NCBI RefSeq assembly: GCF_001194135.2 | Contig: NC_068982.1 | Span: forward strand, 148,183,036-148,247,035 | Origin: Octopus bimaculoides | Taxonomy: Eukaryota | Direction: 5' to 3' | Length of the DNA stretch: 64,000 nt | In this document: positions 13,926 to 28,257 of the stretch, one piece after another | Position numbering within the stretch: the stretch's first letter is position 1 | Layout: each line of letters starts with the position of its first letter | Program-made: the position numbers and the translations under genes | Notes under the pieces: model-generated | The model's input: only the letters and a program-made list of their open reading frames with translations | The model's database searches: none | What the model was told of the DNA's origin: nothing

Positions 13926-15071
13926 TACGAAGTAGTATTAAAAAGTTCCCGGACTAATTCTGCTGCGCACCAACAGATGGCAGTAGACGGCTGTGTGCGC
14001 AATAAGACCTAGCGGGAACCTTGATGGGGCATTGTGTCAAGTGACATCGCTGTGTTTACTTCCTAACTTGTGAAAGTTGTGCTTTTCTAACCACGTGTAT
14101 GCTGTAGTCTGCAACTTTTGTCATGGACAATAAGTTGGAGCAAAGAGTCAACGTGAAAGTTTACATTAAGCTTAGACATTGAGCATGCTTCGGCAAGCTT
14201 ACAGCGACGAGGCAATTGGTTGTACGCAATGTTTCGAGTGGTACGGGCGCTTCAAAAACAGAAGATCCTTGGAAAGCGATGAGCGATCTGGAAAACCTGT
14301 CACGAGCTTCACCCCCAGAAATGTGGAGAAAATTCACCAGCTTGTGCATGAGGACCGTCGGAGGACAATCAAAGACATTGCTAATGATGTTGGCATATCG
14401 TATAGGTCCATGCAGGCAATATTAACGTCTGGATTCTTCACCCCGTCACCGAGTTTTCCTGTCACGGAACTTTCCTCATTCGTGAGTTTCGGTGCCATGT
14501 CTTTTTGTCAAACGTCTTTTCGTCCGACGTCTGTTTTTCCGATGATTTTTTTTGTTCAACGACAAATCCTATCAATAAAATTGTCAATGATTATTTGATT
14601 TTGATGTTCACCTTGTTTTCTAAAGGGTTTATTTAAAATTGGACAAGAATTCTTTGGACAAAAAATCATCGGACAAAATGACTTCGGACCAAAAGACGTA
14701 GACGAAGTGACATTGAACAAAGTGACATCGGACGAAAAGTTGGGTCACGGTGACGTTCTCGCTAAAAACGTGGTATCGCTTCCGCATCCGCTCTATCCGC
14801 CGGATTTAACGCCTGCGGACTTCTATCTCTTCCTCAAGATGAAAAGGCAGCTCAAAGGTGTTGATACCGTTCTGAAGATCAAGAGCGAATCGCAGAAGGT
14901 CACGACTAGCTTACAGAAAACGACTTCCTGGTCGGATTTCAAAAGTAACAGGAGCGCGGGGACTGGTGTATTGCTGAGCAATTTCGAAGGAGATAATATT
15001 AAAACTTAGGTAAATAAATAATTTTTTTATTAAGCATAACTAGTCCGGGAACTCTTTGGAACTTCCGCATA
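13926..15071 (+). mobile_element. Mariner transposon relic with TIRs, interrupted by a nested element
   Basis: TIRs aaaagttcccggact / agtccgggaact; transposase pieces (EWYGRFKNRRSLESDERSGKP; HPLYPPDLTPADFYLFLKMKRQLKG). Confidence 0.85.
14436..14760. mobile_element. Nested inverted-repeat element with short internal tandem motifs
   Basis: cgtcaccg...cggtgacg ends, inverted tttgtc/gacaaa and ttcgtccga/tcggacgaa motifs; it breaks the mariner reading frame. Confidence 0.6.
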
Positions 15072-15978
15072 TATTTAAATGCATACTTACTCTCCTTCAC
15101 GTACTGGAAACGATTTATATTATTTAAATTGACACCCACTTATGCCTTTACGCTGTGTGTGTGCGTGCGTGTGTGTGCAAGTGTATGTGTGCGTGTGTGC
15201 GCGCGTGTATTATGTGGTGGCAAGTGGCTTAGTGGTCAGAGTTTTGCATTCATGATTGTAAGTTTGAGGTTTCGAAACCTCGACCGGGCAATGCGTTGCG
15301 TTCTTAAGCAAAATACTTCGTTTCACGTTGCTCCAGCCCATTCAACAGGCAAATATGAGTTACCCTACGATGGACCAGCGACCTACCAGGAGGGGAATGT
15401 ATACGCCTCAGATTCCAAGAAACCGGCTTTAAGACCCGATGGCTCTTGAACATTGTAGGTTAAAACATTAACATTTATTAAATATGTTCATGTTTTAATC
15501 TACAATATTAAATTTTATCTTAAATATATATGAAAACCTTTATATTTTTCTTAAACTCAGTATATGATATATATATATCTTTGAATGTTTCGCTCGGGGA
15601 AATATCTTCTCCCCAATTAGCAGCTATTATAGGATGGAGTTTCCTGCTGTAGACGACAAATGCATCTTCAGCAACGTTTTAGCCTCAAAACTTGCACTGG
15701 TCATTTGTTTTTGTGATCAAATGATTGTAATGCACATTGGCTCACTTTCTCCTTCAAATTGACATTGCCTGAGATCGCAGACTACATCGAGGTTGTTGTT
15801 ATTATTATTGTAGTTCTGTATTCTGCCGTATTCCATTTAACGTCCAAAGTGCCTAGCTACAGTCATTTGTCTCATTAACTAATACAAAATAAACAGCATA
15901 CATTTTATTTGTTTAATTAACGATAAAATCAAATTTCCTGAATAAAATTCAACTATCGTAATGATTGAAATACTCAAG

Positions 15979-16000
15979 TTTATTTTCAATATAATTTATT
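15979..16000 (-). terminator. Gene B candidate poly(A) signals (two AATAAA)
   Basis: tttatt at 15979-15984 and 15995-16000; paralogous to 39605-39626. Confidence 0.5.
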
Positions 16001-16323
16001 AAGCATTGATGATATTTTCACAACTATAAAAATATAAAAATAACAAGTTAAGTGTGTTGTTTCCTACAGAAATAAATTGGTTAGGTGTGTTGTTATCTTT
16101 CGCTTATACACTTATTGACTGAACATTGCACACTCACATTTTGGTCATTTGAAACTACGTAAAGCGGACCCAATTGTTTCATGCACAGTTCTTTAAGAAG
16201 TTATTATCATGCTACGAAGATTATTGCAGTTGTCATTTTATTTTAAATAACATTTAATGAAACAACTAAATTCACAATAACTCTATGTACTGATATGAAT
16301 TAGAAGCATCTCGAAGTATGTAA

Positions 16324-16525
16324 ACAAAATCGAACACACATGCACAAGGTGTGTGTGCTTTTAGTTCGTGCGTTGGCTGCATTTAAGGCTTAAGGGAAAA
16401 TATTCTCAATGCGCTAGGTGTTTTTACTTTCAGGTGTTTTGAACACCTGGCGCATTGAGAATGTATTCCCTAGCAGCCGAACTACGAACTAACGACACAC
16501 CCTGTGTATATGCGTTCGATTTTGT
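16324..16525. repeat. ~200-nt imperfect palindrome inside the predicted gene B 3'UTR
   Basis: Arms caaaatcgaac/gttcgattttg and attctcaatgcgctaggtgtt/aacacctggcgcattgagaat; ~20-nt loop at 16422-16441. Confidence 0.85.
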
Positions 16526-16672
16526 CTATGTCCTGAATACTCATACATATCTTCAATCCTCGTTTTAATTTACGTTCACGCGCTCCGTGTATATTTTAAA
16601 ACTGGTGTTAACTTGATTATTTGGACTCGTACCTATCTCTAGGTTCAAATATGGTGCATCAACGTTTTCATA

Positions 16673-16680
16673 TTAGCAAC
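16673..16680 (-). CDS. Gene B terminal coding exon (G)C*, followed by 3'UTR
   Basis: TTTCTTTTCTTTTATCTCTCTAG|GT TGC TAA; homologous to 40067-40077. Confidence 0.8.
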
Positions 16681-19600
16681 CTAGAGAGATAAAAGAAAAG
16701 AAATAAAACATACTATTAATAATTGACAGTGAAATAGAGACTTCGGTTCAAACAATCAAATGTATGGCATGAAATGAATTAAATCACATATTAATGTAAA
16801 ATATTCTTTTTTTTATTTTTGTAAAATGAAAATAAAACAAAAACTTATCTATAGTTCTATCAAGAACAGAAATGCGTGAGTAAGAATCTTAACAAAGTCA
16901 AGCATAACATTAACACGTCATTAGTAATTTGTGAGTTATGCTCGGATAAGATAGCAATGAAAACTTCTCACTAACTATGTATCATCATTATGTTAATATT
17001 TCATCTTCGCAAGGCGTCGCCTTGGCAGAATCGTTAGCACGTCGGGCGAAATGCTTAGCGGTATTTCGTTCTGAGTTCAAATTCCGCCGAGGTCGACTTT
17101 GCCTTTCATCCTTTCGGGGTCGATAAATTAAGTACCAGTTACGCACTGAGGTCGATGTAATCGACTTAATTCCGTTGCCTGCCCTTTATTGTCCCCTCTA
17201 TGTTTAGCCCCTTGTGGGTAATAAAGAGACAAGAATCGTTAGTACGCCGAGTAAAATGCTTAGCGGTGTTTTGTCCATTTTAAAGATCTGAGTTCAAATT
17301 CTGCCAGAGTCAACTTTGCCTCCTTTTTTTTCCAGCTCAGTAAAACAAGTATGATTTGAGTATTGGAGTTGATGTAAGCGACTCACTCGCGTCCCCGAAA
17401 ATTTCTGGCTTTGAACCAAAATTCGAAACCAACATTTCCTCTAGATTTGGGATCATCATGCAAACAAATCCAAATACTCGAATTATTGAAAATGTAAGTA
17501 TTAGTGAAGTACTTCATTCATCATAATACTGAATATTTTTTTCTAGTCTAGGCACAAGGCTCGAAATTTTGGGGGAGGGGGCCAGTCGATTAGTACGACT
17601 CCAGTACGCAACTGGTACTTAATTTATCGACCACGAAAGATTTAACGGCAAAGTCGACCTCAGAGCAATTTTAACTCACAACGTTAAGACAGCCGTGCAA
17701 CGTAAAGACAGTCGTACCAACGTTTCTACCAACTCACTACCTTCATAATACTGAATATTGATAAGGGACAGAAATTGATAAGCAGTTGTTAATTATTCAA
17801 AATATAGGTATGGATGATTCTACATTATATTTAAAAAGATTTGTTGGTTTAAAAAAAAAATGGATTTGCTTTTCCTTCGTCAGTATGCTTCAGATTAAAC
17901 AGACAACAGTATATAAAGTTACCATGTTTGCAATTATCACAAAGACGTCTTTTTTTTTAATGCCTTATGACCATAAAATATTTTAGTGGTGAAGAGCATT
18001 ATCTTAATGCATTTTCATTGAATATTGAATGACAGGCATATAGGTACTTGCAAAATGAAATTAATAAGGGAACGAGGTTAATGTAAGTGATTTCCAGTCT
18101 TTAATATCCTATCCAAAATCAGAGCACTTTAAATCGAAGAAAGGCTCATCTAACATCCTTGCTGTTAGAAACAAATTACAAACATAATGCGCTAAAGTAA
18201 TCCATTTCGTCATATATGTATTTTGATCAATAAGTATCCGGACTGTTGCTATAGTAACAAGGCTAAAGCACAGAGAGTAAAGCTGCTTAGCAAAAATTGA
18301 CCGTGAACTCTGCTGTACATGCGCACTAAGTTTTAACGTTTTAGTTCACTTCTGCTGTTTACAGAAGTGCTTGGAAACAAAGTGTGTACCATGTGATCGT
18401 CGCATTGAGCATGACAGAGAAAGTTGAGCAAAGAATTTACATCAAATTTTGTCAAAATCTTGGCGATACCTGTTCAGAGGCCTACACAAAGTTTTCAAAA
18501 CGTTCTCATCGTTCTACACACAATCAAGAAGATATTGCGCAACTGAAACCCGAATGTGCTTTTGTTCAACTGAAAGCAGTTTTGGCACAAACTTGGCAGA
18601 CACGCATCTCATACCCAAATCTTCAGGGATAATGGACTGGACTGAACCATAACTAATCTGCACATCCTCTGATAACTCACGGATGGTGATTCGACGATTT
18701 TCCCTCACAGCTACACACAGTTCTGCGATGTTTTTCTCAGTTGTGCTGGTTGCTGGTCTCCCAGGACGTTCGTTAATAACGATATTTTTTCGGCCATCTT
18801 GGAAATGTCTGAACCACTCGTACACTTGTGTGCTACTTATTCACTCCCCTTCATACACTTTCTGCAACCTTGCGTAAGCCTCTGAGCATGTATCGGCATG
18901 ACAACTTTCCCTGTCATGGTCAATGTGACGATCAAATGCTACACACCTTCCTTCCAAGCACTGCTTCAAACAGTGGAAGTGAGCTAGAACGTTAAGACTT
19001 AGTGTGCGTGCACAGCAGAGTTCAAGTTCAATCTGTGCCAAGTGGGTTTACTCTGCGTACTTTAGCTTTGTTACTATGTCAACAGTCCAGATACTTATTG
19101 ATCAGACCTTGTATGTGTAAAACATAAAATTTTTGATGCACTGATAAATTCTCAGATAAATTAAACGGTCAATTTGTTTATACGAATTAAAGATATAAAT
19201 AAATAAACAATATAATTTATTTTTCAGCGTGTGCCGGGAATACTTTAAGAAACCATTAAACAGTTTGCTCAACCTTAACGTAAGAGACATTCAGTTGCTT
19301 GCATTTTACAAATAATGACGTTATAATGATTATATTTTCTTTATTATTTCTTGTCTATATATCTATGGTGGAGGCGCAATGGCCCAGTGGTTAGGGCAGC
19401 GGACTCGCGGTCATAGGATCGCGGTTTCGATTCTCAGACCGGGCGTTGTGAGTGTTTATTGAGCGAAAACACTTAACGCTCCACGAGGTTCTGGCAGGGG
19501 ATGGTGGCGAACCCTGCTGTACTCTTCCACCACAACTTTCTCTCACACTTTCTTCTTGTTTCTGTTGTACCTGTATTTCAAAGGGCCAGCCTTATCACTG

Positions 19601-22600
19601 TGTCACGCTGAATATCCCCGAGAAGTACGTTAAGTGTACACGTGTCTGTGGAGTGCTCAGCCACTTTCACGTTAATTTCNNNNNNNNNNNNNNNNNNNNN
19701 NNNNNNNNNNNNNNNNNNNNNNNNNNNNNNNNNNNNNNNNNNNNNNNNNNNNNNNNNNNNNNNNNNNNNNNNNNNNNNNNNNNNNNNNNNNNNNNNNNNN
19801 NNNNNNNNNNNNNNNNNNNNNNNNNNNNNNNNNNNNNNNNNNNNNNNNNNNNNNNNNNNNNNNNNNNNNNNNNNNNNNNNNNNNNNNNNNNNNNNNNNNN
19901 NNNNNNNNNNNNNNNNNNNNNNNNNNNNNNNNNNNNNNNNNNNNNNNNNNNNNNNNNNNNNNNNNNNNNNNNNNNNNNNNNNNNNNNNNNNNNNNNNNNN
20001 NNNNNNNNNNNNNNNNNNNNNNNNNNNNNNNNNNNNNNNNNNNNNNNNNNNNNNNNNNNNNNNNNNNNNNNNNNNNNNNNNNNNNNNNNNNNNNNNNNNN
20101 NNNNNNNNNNNNNNNNNNNNNNNNNNNNNNNNNNNNNNNNNNNNNNNNNNNNNNNNNNNNNNNNNNNNNNNNNNNNNNNNNNNNNNNNNNNNNNNNNNNN
20201 NNNNNNNNNNNNNNNNNNNNNNNNNNNNNNNNNNNNNNNNNNNNNNNNNNNNNNNNNNNNNNNNNNNNNNNNNNNNNNNNNNNNNNNNNNNNNNNNNNNN
20301 NNNNNNNNNNNNNNNNNNNNNNNNNNNNNNNNNNNNNNNNNNNNNNNNNNNNNNNNNNNNNNNNNNNNNNNNNNNNNNNNNNNNNNNNNNNNNNNNNNNN
20401 NNNNNGTCTTTATAAGAATTTATCAAGTAGCTAGCGTGAAAAAACCTCATAAGGGAAAAATCCATAATTTATTCCCTAAAATAAATTTATTTATATAAGG
20501 GCATTACATGAATGCCCCACGCTAAGAGGGACTCTAGGGTCAAAATACTATAATAAACACATTTATATATATATAACAAGTTTAATGAATATTGCTTAAT
20601 TTTCTATTGGCATATCGACTGAGCATATGAATTTAAGCTTACCGGCTGCTTCAGTGTAATGTCCAAATCCTTTCCCCATTCTGTCACAAACACTCACAAT
20701 ACATCCATCTTCAGACTTTATTCTCGTTCCAGCTTCCTGACAACTACCGTTTATTCTGCAACCTTGAAGTGAAAAAACAAATTTGTTTCGTTGCATCAGT
20801 ACCTGTATCTATGAAATGTATATTCAATTATTTCGACTAAATCACATTGTGTATTGTCAGTGTATTAAAACTATAAAATATTAACTAAACCTTCAAATAT
20901 CAATCGTAGCATAAAACTTACATGTCGTATCGAAAGTAAGTTTGTTTTAATATATCGTTTCCTTACACATAATGAAAGTAAAAGTAATACATTGACTTAC
21001 AACTGTTTATAATATTGCATGAATAATTTGATTGAGCATTTTATTCAAAAGTTAGATTTTCTTATATATTTTAAATAGAAGTATCTCATCAGGGCGCTTT
21101 ATATGTTAGTACCATGTCATAGCAGTACTCTATTTGACAATGTGCACTATCACTTGAAATATAATGTAGGATATGTATTTTTAAAAACATATTTTAATCT
21201 TGTTGTGAAAAGAATTCAAACTGAGCCATAGAGCCGAATTGTTACTAGTCACTGCCCTTTCTTTGTTGTATCGTTATTTAGCAGAATTAGCATTTAAGAA
21301 TGACCATTATAAATTGTGTTCATAATTTCTAACTGATCAAAATCAGATATCCTCAAAATAAATCAGATTATTGTAGGAGATTTTAGTATATGAATCTGGC
21401 TATTTCTATTTTAGCGGAGACGTATTTGTTACCCCGAGAAAGTTTTTACGTATTATGTATTTTGAATGGTTAAGGCAAAGTACGATAGTTATGCCAAATT
21501 AAATTCTAAACGTTTTATAATTATTGAGTGAAATATATATCACGAAATAACATTCCGTTTTCAATATGAAATTGATTTTTGTTGGTGTATAACCTGTAAT
21601 ATTTTGTAGTTCATAAAATACATACCTGAGTATCTTATATAAGGGACATTTTATAAAAAGATTTACAAACTTACCAGTGCGGTTAGTGTAAACTTGATAT
21701 CCATTGTGGTCCATTTTACAAATTCTTACAGCACAAAGATTTTCTGAATATACTTTCTCTCCAACCTTCCGACAAGCACCGTCTATTAAACAACCTTGAT
21801 GTAAAAAAACAAATAGTTTTCTTTTATTTCAAGAAATGTGGATTGCCTCTTGTCAATATATTTATACCTAAGCAATATTAACAACTCTTCCAAAAACGAG
21901 TATTCCTTAAAGATTTTGTCACATTTCAAATATAATGCGTTAGTCAATAAAGTCATTCTACTAATTGTGATACTAAATATGCAAGGCATTTTGCTAATGT
22001 TTAATGAAGGCAGAGGCAAAAGGATTTATTTATAGCTAATTAGAGATTGTTACATGATTAATTAAATAAACTATGGTATTCAAAATCAATTTTCTAATAT
22101 ACATCTTTGCTGAAAACGTCATATCAGAATTCTTTATGCGTTTGCAATGCGTCATAGTGTAATATAATTTGGAATATATTATATGATATACATTTTCAGA
22201 TACCTATTTTAGTTTCCAAGTGAAAAGAAAATCAAGAAATTGCAGTATACAATTTTGTTTCACATTTTATCTCTCCCTAGTCAGAAGATATGGTATCAAT
22301 ATGACTAATTTTAATGATTACTCAGTGGTTACTTAATGAGTACTTTATAATTGCTTAAAACTTACCTAAAAATGAAAACACATAATGAGTTCATAGGAAT
22401 ATTTATAAAATGTGCAGAAACAAGTCTTAAACCTAGCTGCTGAGTCAAATTTCAAACGCTGGCAACGTGTAATGATTCGTTTATTCCTAAGACAGTACAC
22501 AGTGTTGGCGGGTAGATTGAATTATAATGTGTGATACACTTTTTTTGTTAAATATACAATGATATACCCGTTCAGGCAATCAAACAAATCTGATCGATCA

Positions 22601-25600
22601 GATTAATTTCTACTACAGTCTCTTAGATCGAAACCCCCTACTCTCCAATCGAAACTCAAGATGTAAGAACAATTCTATGTGAATCTCGATCTTGAACAAT
22701 GCAGATTATCATAAAATTAATTACAATATTACACTCGAAATTAATTCAAAGAAATGATTTAGATAGAAGATTCAGATTAAGCATCTTATAGTAATTACTA
22801 TCGTCACTTTGCGCTTAAACTTCAAATCGAGCTGGAACTATTGTGATTACCCTGACAAACAAGTCTACAATATATTTATCAATGATCCAAGTTTTGATTC
22901 CGTCGTTTATAAATTGTCTCTTGAAAAAAATAAATTCGATGATTATCACATTTCTATTGTCTAAAATATTTGATGTCTTTCACATTTCCATTTGCCAAAA
23001 TATATTCTTCTGAAATAGTGTTTTTCCAAACTTCTGACAAAAATAATATAATAGTGTTGTTGTTAATTAAAACTAAAGATACACTGAGGTTTAAAGAATG
23101 ATTAGTAGTGATCATGACACGCGCTTTTTATTTTCATCCATTCAACGATCCCCTTCACCGATTTATTAATAGAGAAGACAATACATACAATATTACAACA
23201 TTCAATTTGTGCATTTCAACCTCAATACATGCGTATTGTTATTATAACAAAATTATTCAAGGAAAGCGTTTTTGAAATTAATAGATATTGTTAAGACATT
23301 TATACTTGTTATTTTAATTTAAATATTGAATGCAGTTGAACATTTTCAACAACAAGTATCAATATCTGAAACTTACCGTCAAGTTTTCCTCGCCATCCAA
23401 TATACGATGGATACATATGTGTGCAAAGTATAGAATAACAAGGGTCCCTTGTTTGTATTTTCGTGCCAACACTGTGACATATACGATTTAGTAAACAACC
23501 TACAAACAAGAAAATAATTACGATAAATGTAGGAGAAACTTCTCAGTTATGTCAAGGTATTGTCTCCATAAGAAGACTAAGATATTTACTCAGGTATGCA
23601 CAGAGCAAAATTTCAGTGATGTTTACTTCATACATACATACATACATACATACATACATGTGTGTATGAGTGTGTATTAATGACCTATGACATTGCTAAC
23701 TGGATGGCTTCTCATAAATTATCCCAGGTATCGAAACTATAATGATGTTAAATAAAGTATAGGAATAAATATATCCCGAGTCTAGTTTTCTGGCTTATTA
23801 CATATATTACAGCAATTATAATCTTATTTCATGTCAAACTATATAGAAAAATACAATCAGTTTGATAATTCCAGTACAATTTAATCATTTGAAATAAATG
23901 TTGTTTCATTATATGGTCAAATTCATTGAAAAAAACGTGAAAATTTGATATAAACCACCCTAATGGTTATACATCTAATCATAATGTAATGCAATTTACA
24001 GTATTTAATTGCAGACGTTTCTCCAAGAAAATGTCTTTAAAAAATCAATCTGTGTCCTGCGTGCGAATTTGTGCCCATATTACATGATTTAATTAACTAA
24101 AAGCATTTTTCCTGAATATGCACTGCTGAAATTGAGGTGCGACTAATATTCCTGAGCGTCTTTTACGCCATCAAATCTCTAAGAAAACGAAAATCCTTGA
24201 TAATTGTCAAAATATTCCTATTTCAAGATATAGAGAAGTTTTGCGATATTTGCAAAGCACATCAAATCTGTGTACAAATAAAGCAATTAAACTACATTAT
24301 ACTTATTTCTATTATATTTGCCCAATATTCGAGTGGCTTTTTCAAAAAGTTTGCTACCTTATTGGTACCTCTTAAACTTACGTTATGTTAGCTTATGATA
24401 TTTTAACAGAAGACTGGTGACTAATTATTTGCATCGAAGTTCTTCATCAATGTTCCACAATGAAAGAATAGTATAGACATGTATATACATAACGCTATCT
24501 GTAGCAAAGTATTTCAGCATTAAACAATATTGTACATAAAATATCCTATGTATTATCAGTGAGTTACAATTAAATTATGGCGGAAATCACCTGGCTCATA
24601 ATAGCATTGAGTTATTATCGCCCATGCAAGCTTGGGTATATTGTATCAGTATGTTCTTATTTATGTATCTACACATTTTTTTATAATGAAAACGCTTTAT
24701 CATTCTTCATCAGAATTTATTTCTAAATAAATAATTGTTGAATTTAATCATACGTTTAAATCAGAAAATTCTGTTAGGAATCTAATAACATCTGATTAAA
24801 TTCACCTAAAATAAAAGGATTTTTTATTACTATTTAAGTAAGAGTATTGGAAAAATTCTTCATGGTAATCAATTATTAGTTACGGATATTACTTTCTTAT
24901 TTTAAAAAAATATCGAAGCCAATTTAACATTTCGTTTCGTCGGAACCGATAAAATACATTATAGTCAAGCACTGAGTTCGTTTTAATCAACTCTGCACGT
25001 CTTTATCTAGCTTATTGCATCATCTTTCATTTGTCGGAATAAATCACAACAGGAAGAGTAGTACTTAAAACACATTTAATCTAAATACAAGAAACTGGCA
25101 ACGTAAGAAAATTCATATGTATTACATTTCTGATAAATGTTGTGAATGTCAAAAGAAAATATTGAATCCCATACGTTACGTTAATAAAATAGAAAATAAA
25201 GTTTTATTTTAGAGAAGTATCACTATAAATGTATACATTTCACTTACTGCATATTGGTATTGTTGTTTAACTACTGGCAAACACTAATCGAACATAATTA
25301 TGATTAACGATATTGCAGTCCTTCATTTTTTATAAAATTGTAGTGTAGTTTTATTGAGGTATATCTGCCATTTCTACCTGGTTGAGCGAACGCACTACGT
25401 ATTTTTGTCCCTAATTAGCTACGTATTTTATTGCTACGACGGTACTGAATAATAGATTTTACTCATATTTAATTATTCAATTATTAAATTTTCAATAGAG
25501 TAAAAGAATATTTTAACCTACCAGTATATGTCGCTCTCCACACATATCTTCCGTATGGGGTACGCATGCAGGTATGGTACATACATCTGCCTCTTTCTGT

Positions 25601-25904
25601 AATTCTCTGTCCTTCTTTATAACAAACACCATCCCGGTAACATCCTAGAAGTTGCGAATATACACAATTTGTTATTTTCAAAACTATAGGTCAGGAAGAA
25701 TAGAATTCTTTTCGAAAATAGCCCATATGCAATTCATGCAATTTCATTTACATCTAATTAAGATAGAAATACTTGTCTTGTTTTAATGACAATGACCCAG
25801 CATAACCACACCAACGCCTTAAAATAAATCAAAGGGAGATTGAAATTCGCATCCATTAGGCAGCGTGTAGGTCGCACTCATCACATGTGCACAAAACTCC
25901 ATAC

Positions 25905-25945
<41 letters not shown>

Positions 25946-28212
25946 TTTCATATACGTACATATAGAAATGTTGAGACTGAAAACCATCCACTGCTGCAAT
26001 GTGTAAAAACGAAGGGAAAATCATTTGAAAAAATGTGATATTTAATTTTATCATTAAATCTTAGCCTACTATAAATTGTATAGACCAATTTCTAGTTAAC
26101 TCAAGAAAATGTTCATAACACTACATGCAGTTTACAAAAAAAAAAAAAAGAATCGAGAGAACTTAGTTCAATGTTCCGACTGATTCTGAGATGCACTACC
26201 TCCTACATACAAGATGGAACATAACGATCTCCCACATTTAAAGTGGGCACTGTGCAGGCTGTAATGGCGGTACAAAGGTGTCGGACTCATTCGGTAGGCT
26301 AGGCTCTACAATTTTCATTCTTTTTCATCAATTATTTTAGCAATTTCTCTATCAATGATCATAACCTTTTCCTAATCACTTTCAGAAGGCATCACGTGTT
26401 GAACTGGTGAACATCATGGCTTTGTTGTTCAAGTGTATTTGAAAGCAACCGATCTGTAACAGTGACGCAACGAGCATTCCGCAGACGATCGATAAACGAT
26501 TTTGCTTTGGATTTCTAATCTTCAGGCAAGTGGACCCACACTGAAAAGAAAGTCACCTGGCAGACCCAGGACCGTTAGAACTCCAGAAAATGTAACAGCA
26601 TTAAGAGCATCCATTCAACAATCACCAAAGTGTTCCGCTCGTAAGTATAGCATAGCACTAGGGATATCAAGTCGGAGTCTGAGGAGGATTCTGCATGCCG
26701 GTCTGAAACTGCATTATTACAAAATGATGTTGGTTCAAGAATTAACTGAGGCAGATCATATCAACCACAGAGCCGTATTTGTGAATATTCTTGCAAAAGT
26801 TCCAACTGTAACTGTTCCTCTGAGTACCGATGTTACTTACTTCCATACCAATGGGATCAACATACTCCTCATGGACTCCACCAACGACCGCGTCACTCTC
26901 CTTGCGTAACTGTTTGGTGTGCAGTGGCCGACTTTGATGTGATCGGCCTGTGCTTTTTTGAAGGTGGGGAAACAATAACTGTTACTTCCGGCCGATACAT
27001 TAAAATGTTGGAGGCTTTTCTGCACCCTAAACTGGGCGATTTGGATAAGAACATGTGTGGTTTCAACAGGACAGGGCCACGGTTCACGCAGCCAGACGTT
27101 TGTTCGGAGTGTTGAAGGAAATGCTTCCTGGTCGTTTTATCTCTTTAAGTGGGTACGTGGGGTTGCCGGCAAGTCCACCAGATTTAAGCCTTTGTGAGTT
27201 TTCCATTTGGGGATACCTAAAGGAAAAGGCTTTCTGACATCGTCCTCGTACTCTTAAAGATTCGAAGGAAAGAGTCAGAGGAAATCGACGTATTTCAACC
27301 TGAGATGAGGCGGAGATTCATGCAGAACTTCTGTGAACGACTCCATTAATATATTGCCAACAAAGGCTGCTATTTGTTTAGTATAATTTTTAAACCCCTC
27401 TAAAACAAAACTATATTTTATTTGCTTTTAGAACTATAACCAGCTTTCTTCTGAATAGTTGTGTTCTTTTTTTTTATATATATTTCCATTCAAAATGTGG
27501 GATATATTTATGTCCACCCTGTATAGCACGTTATTTAAATAATGAATATTGCTTTCAAATGTTGGCACGAAGCCAGCAGTTTTGGTGGAGGATTAAGTCG
27601 ATTCCATCGACTCCAATGTTTAAGAGGTGCTTATCTTATCGACGCAGTCGACATCAGCGCAAGTTGAACTCAAAACGTTCAGACGGACGAGACGCCGCTA
27701 AGAATTTTCCCCTAGTATAATAACGATTCTACCAGCTTACAAGCTTACATCTAAAGGATGACTATTGCTTGTAATATTTATTTTCTTGATATATTAATGT
27801 ATTGTTGCAAGTTCTGGCATGCGTTTTATAATATAGTTTTTGGAAGATAAAGTCCGTACAAACCTACCGGTTACTTTATGTCGCACGTAACATCCATGTC
27901 CTCTTCTTTCAGAAATATAAGTCATACAGAATGGAGTTGCTTCTACTTTTCTTCCATATTTCACACAAACGCCACGTATCAAGCAACCTATGAGTTGAAA
28001 GAAAATTAATACATTTTGTTTATATCAGAAACTCTTTATGAAATACATCATTATATTTAAAACACTACAAATGGTTGAAGCTTTTCATGTGATGCAAACT
28101 TACTAAGTTTAAAGTTGATATTGAAACAAGAATCATCACTGAAGGTGACACTCATCTTTCTACATATGGTTATTGATATTAACTCATTTAATATAAATTA
28201 ACAATGAGTATA

Positions 28213-28257
<45 letters not shown>

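Noticed and set aside
19105-19200. Module-like tail RIYQCIKNFMFYTYK next to the mariner
   Set aside because: No GC start, no four-Cys pattern and no consensus donor.
19369-19445. tRNA-like sequence
   Set aside because: It runs into a repeated SINE body and lacks a clean cloverleaf; it is a SINE head, not a tRNA gene.
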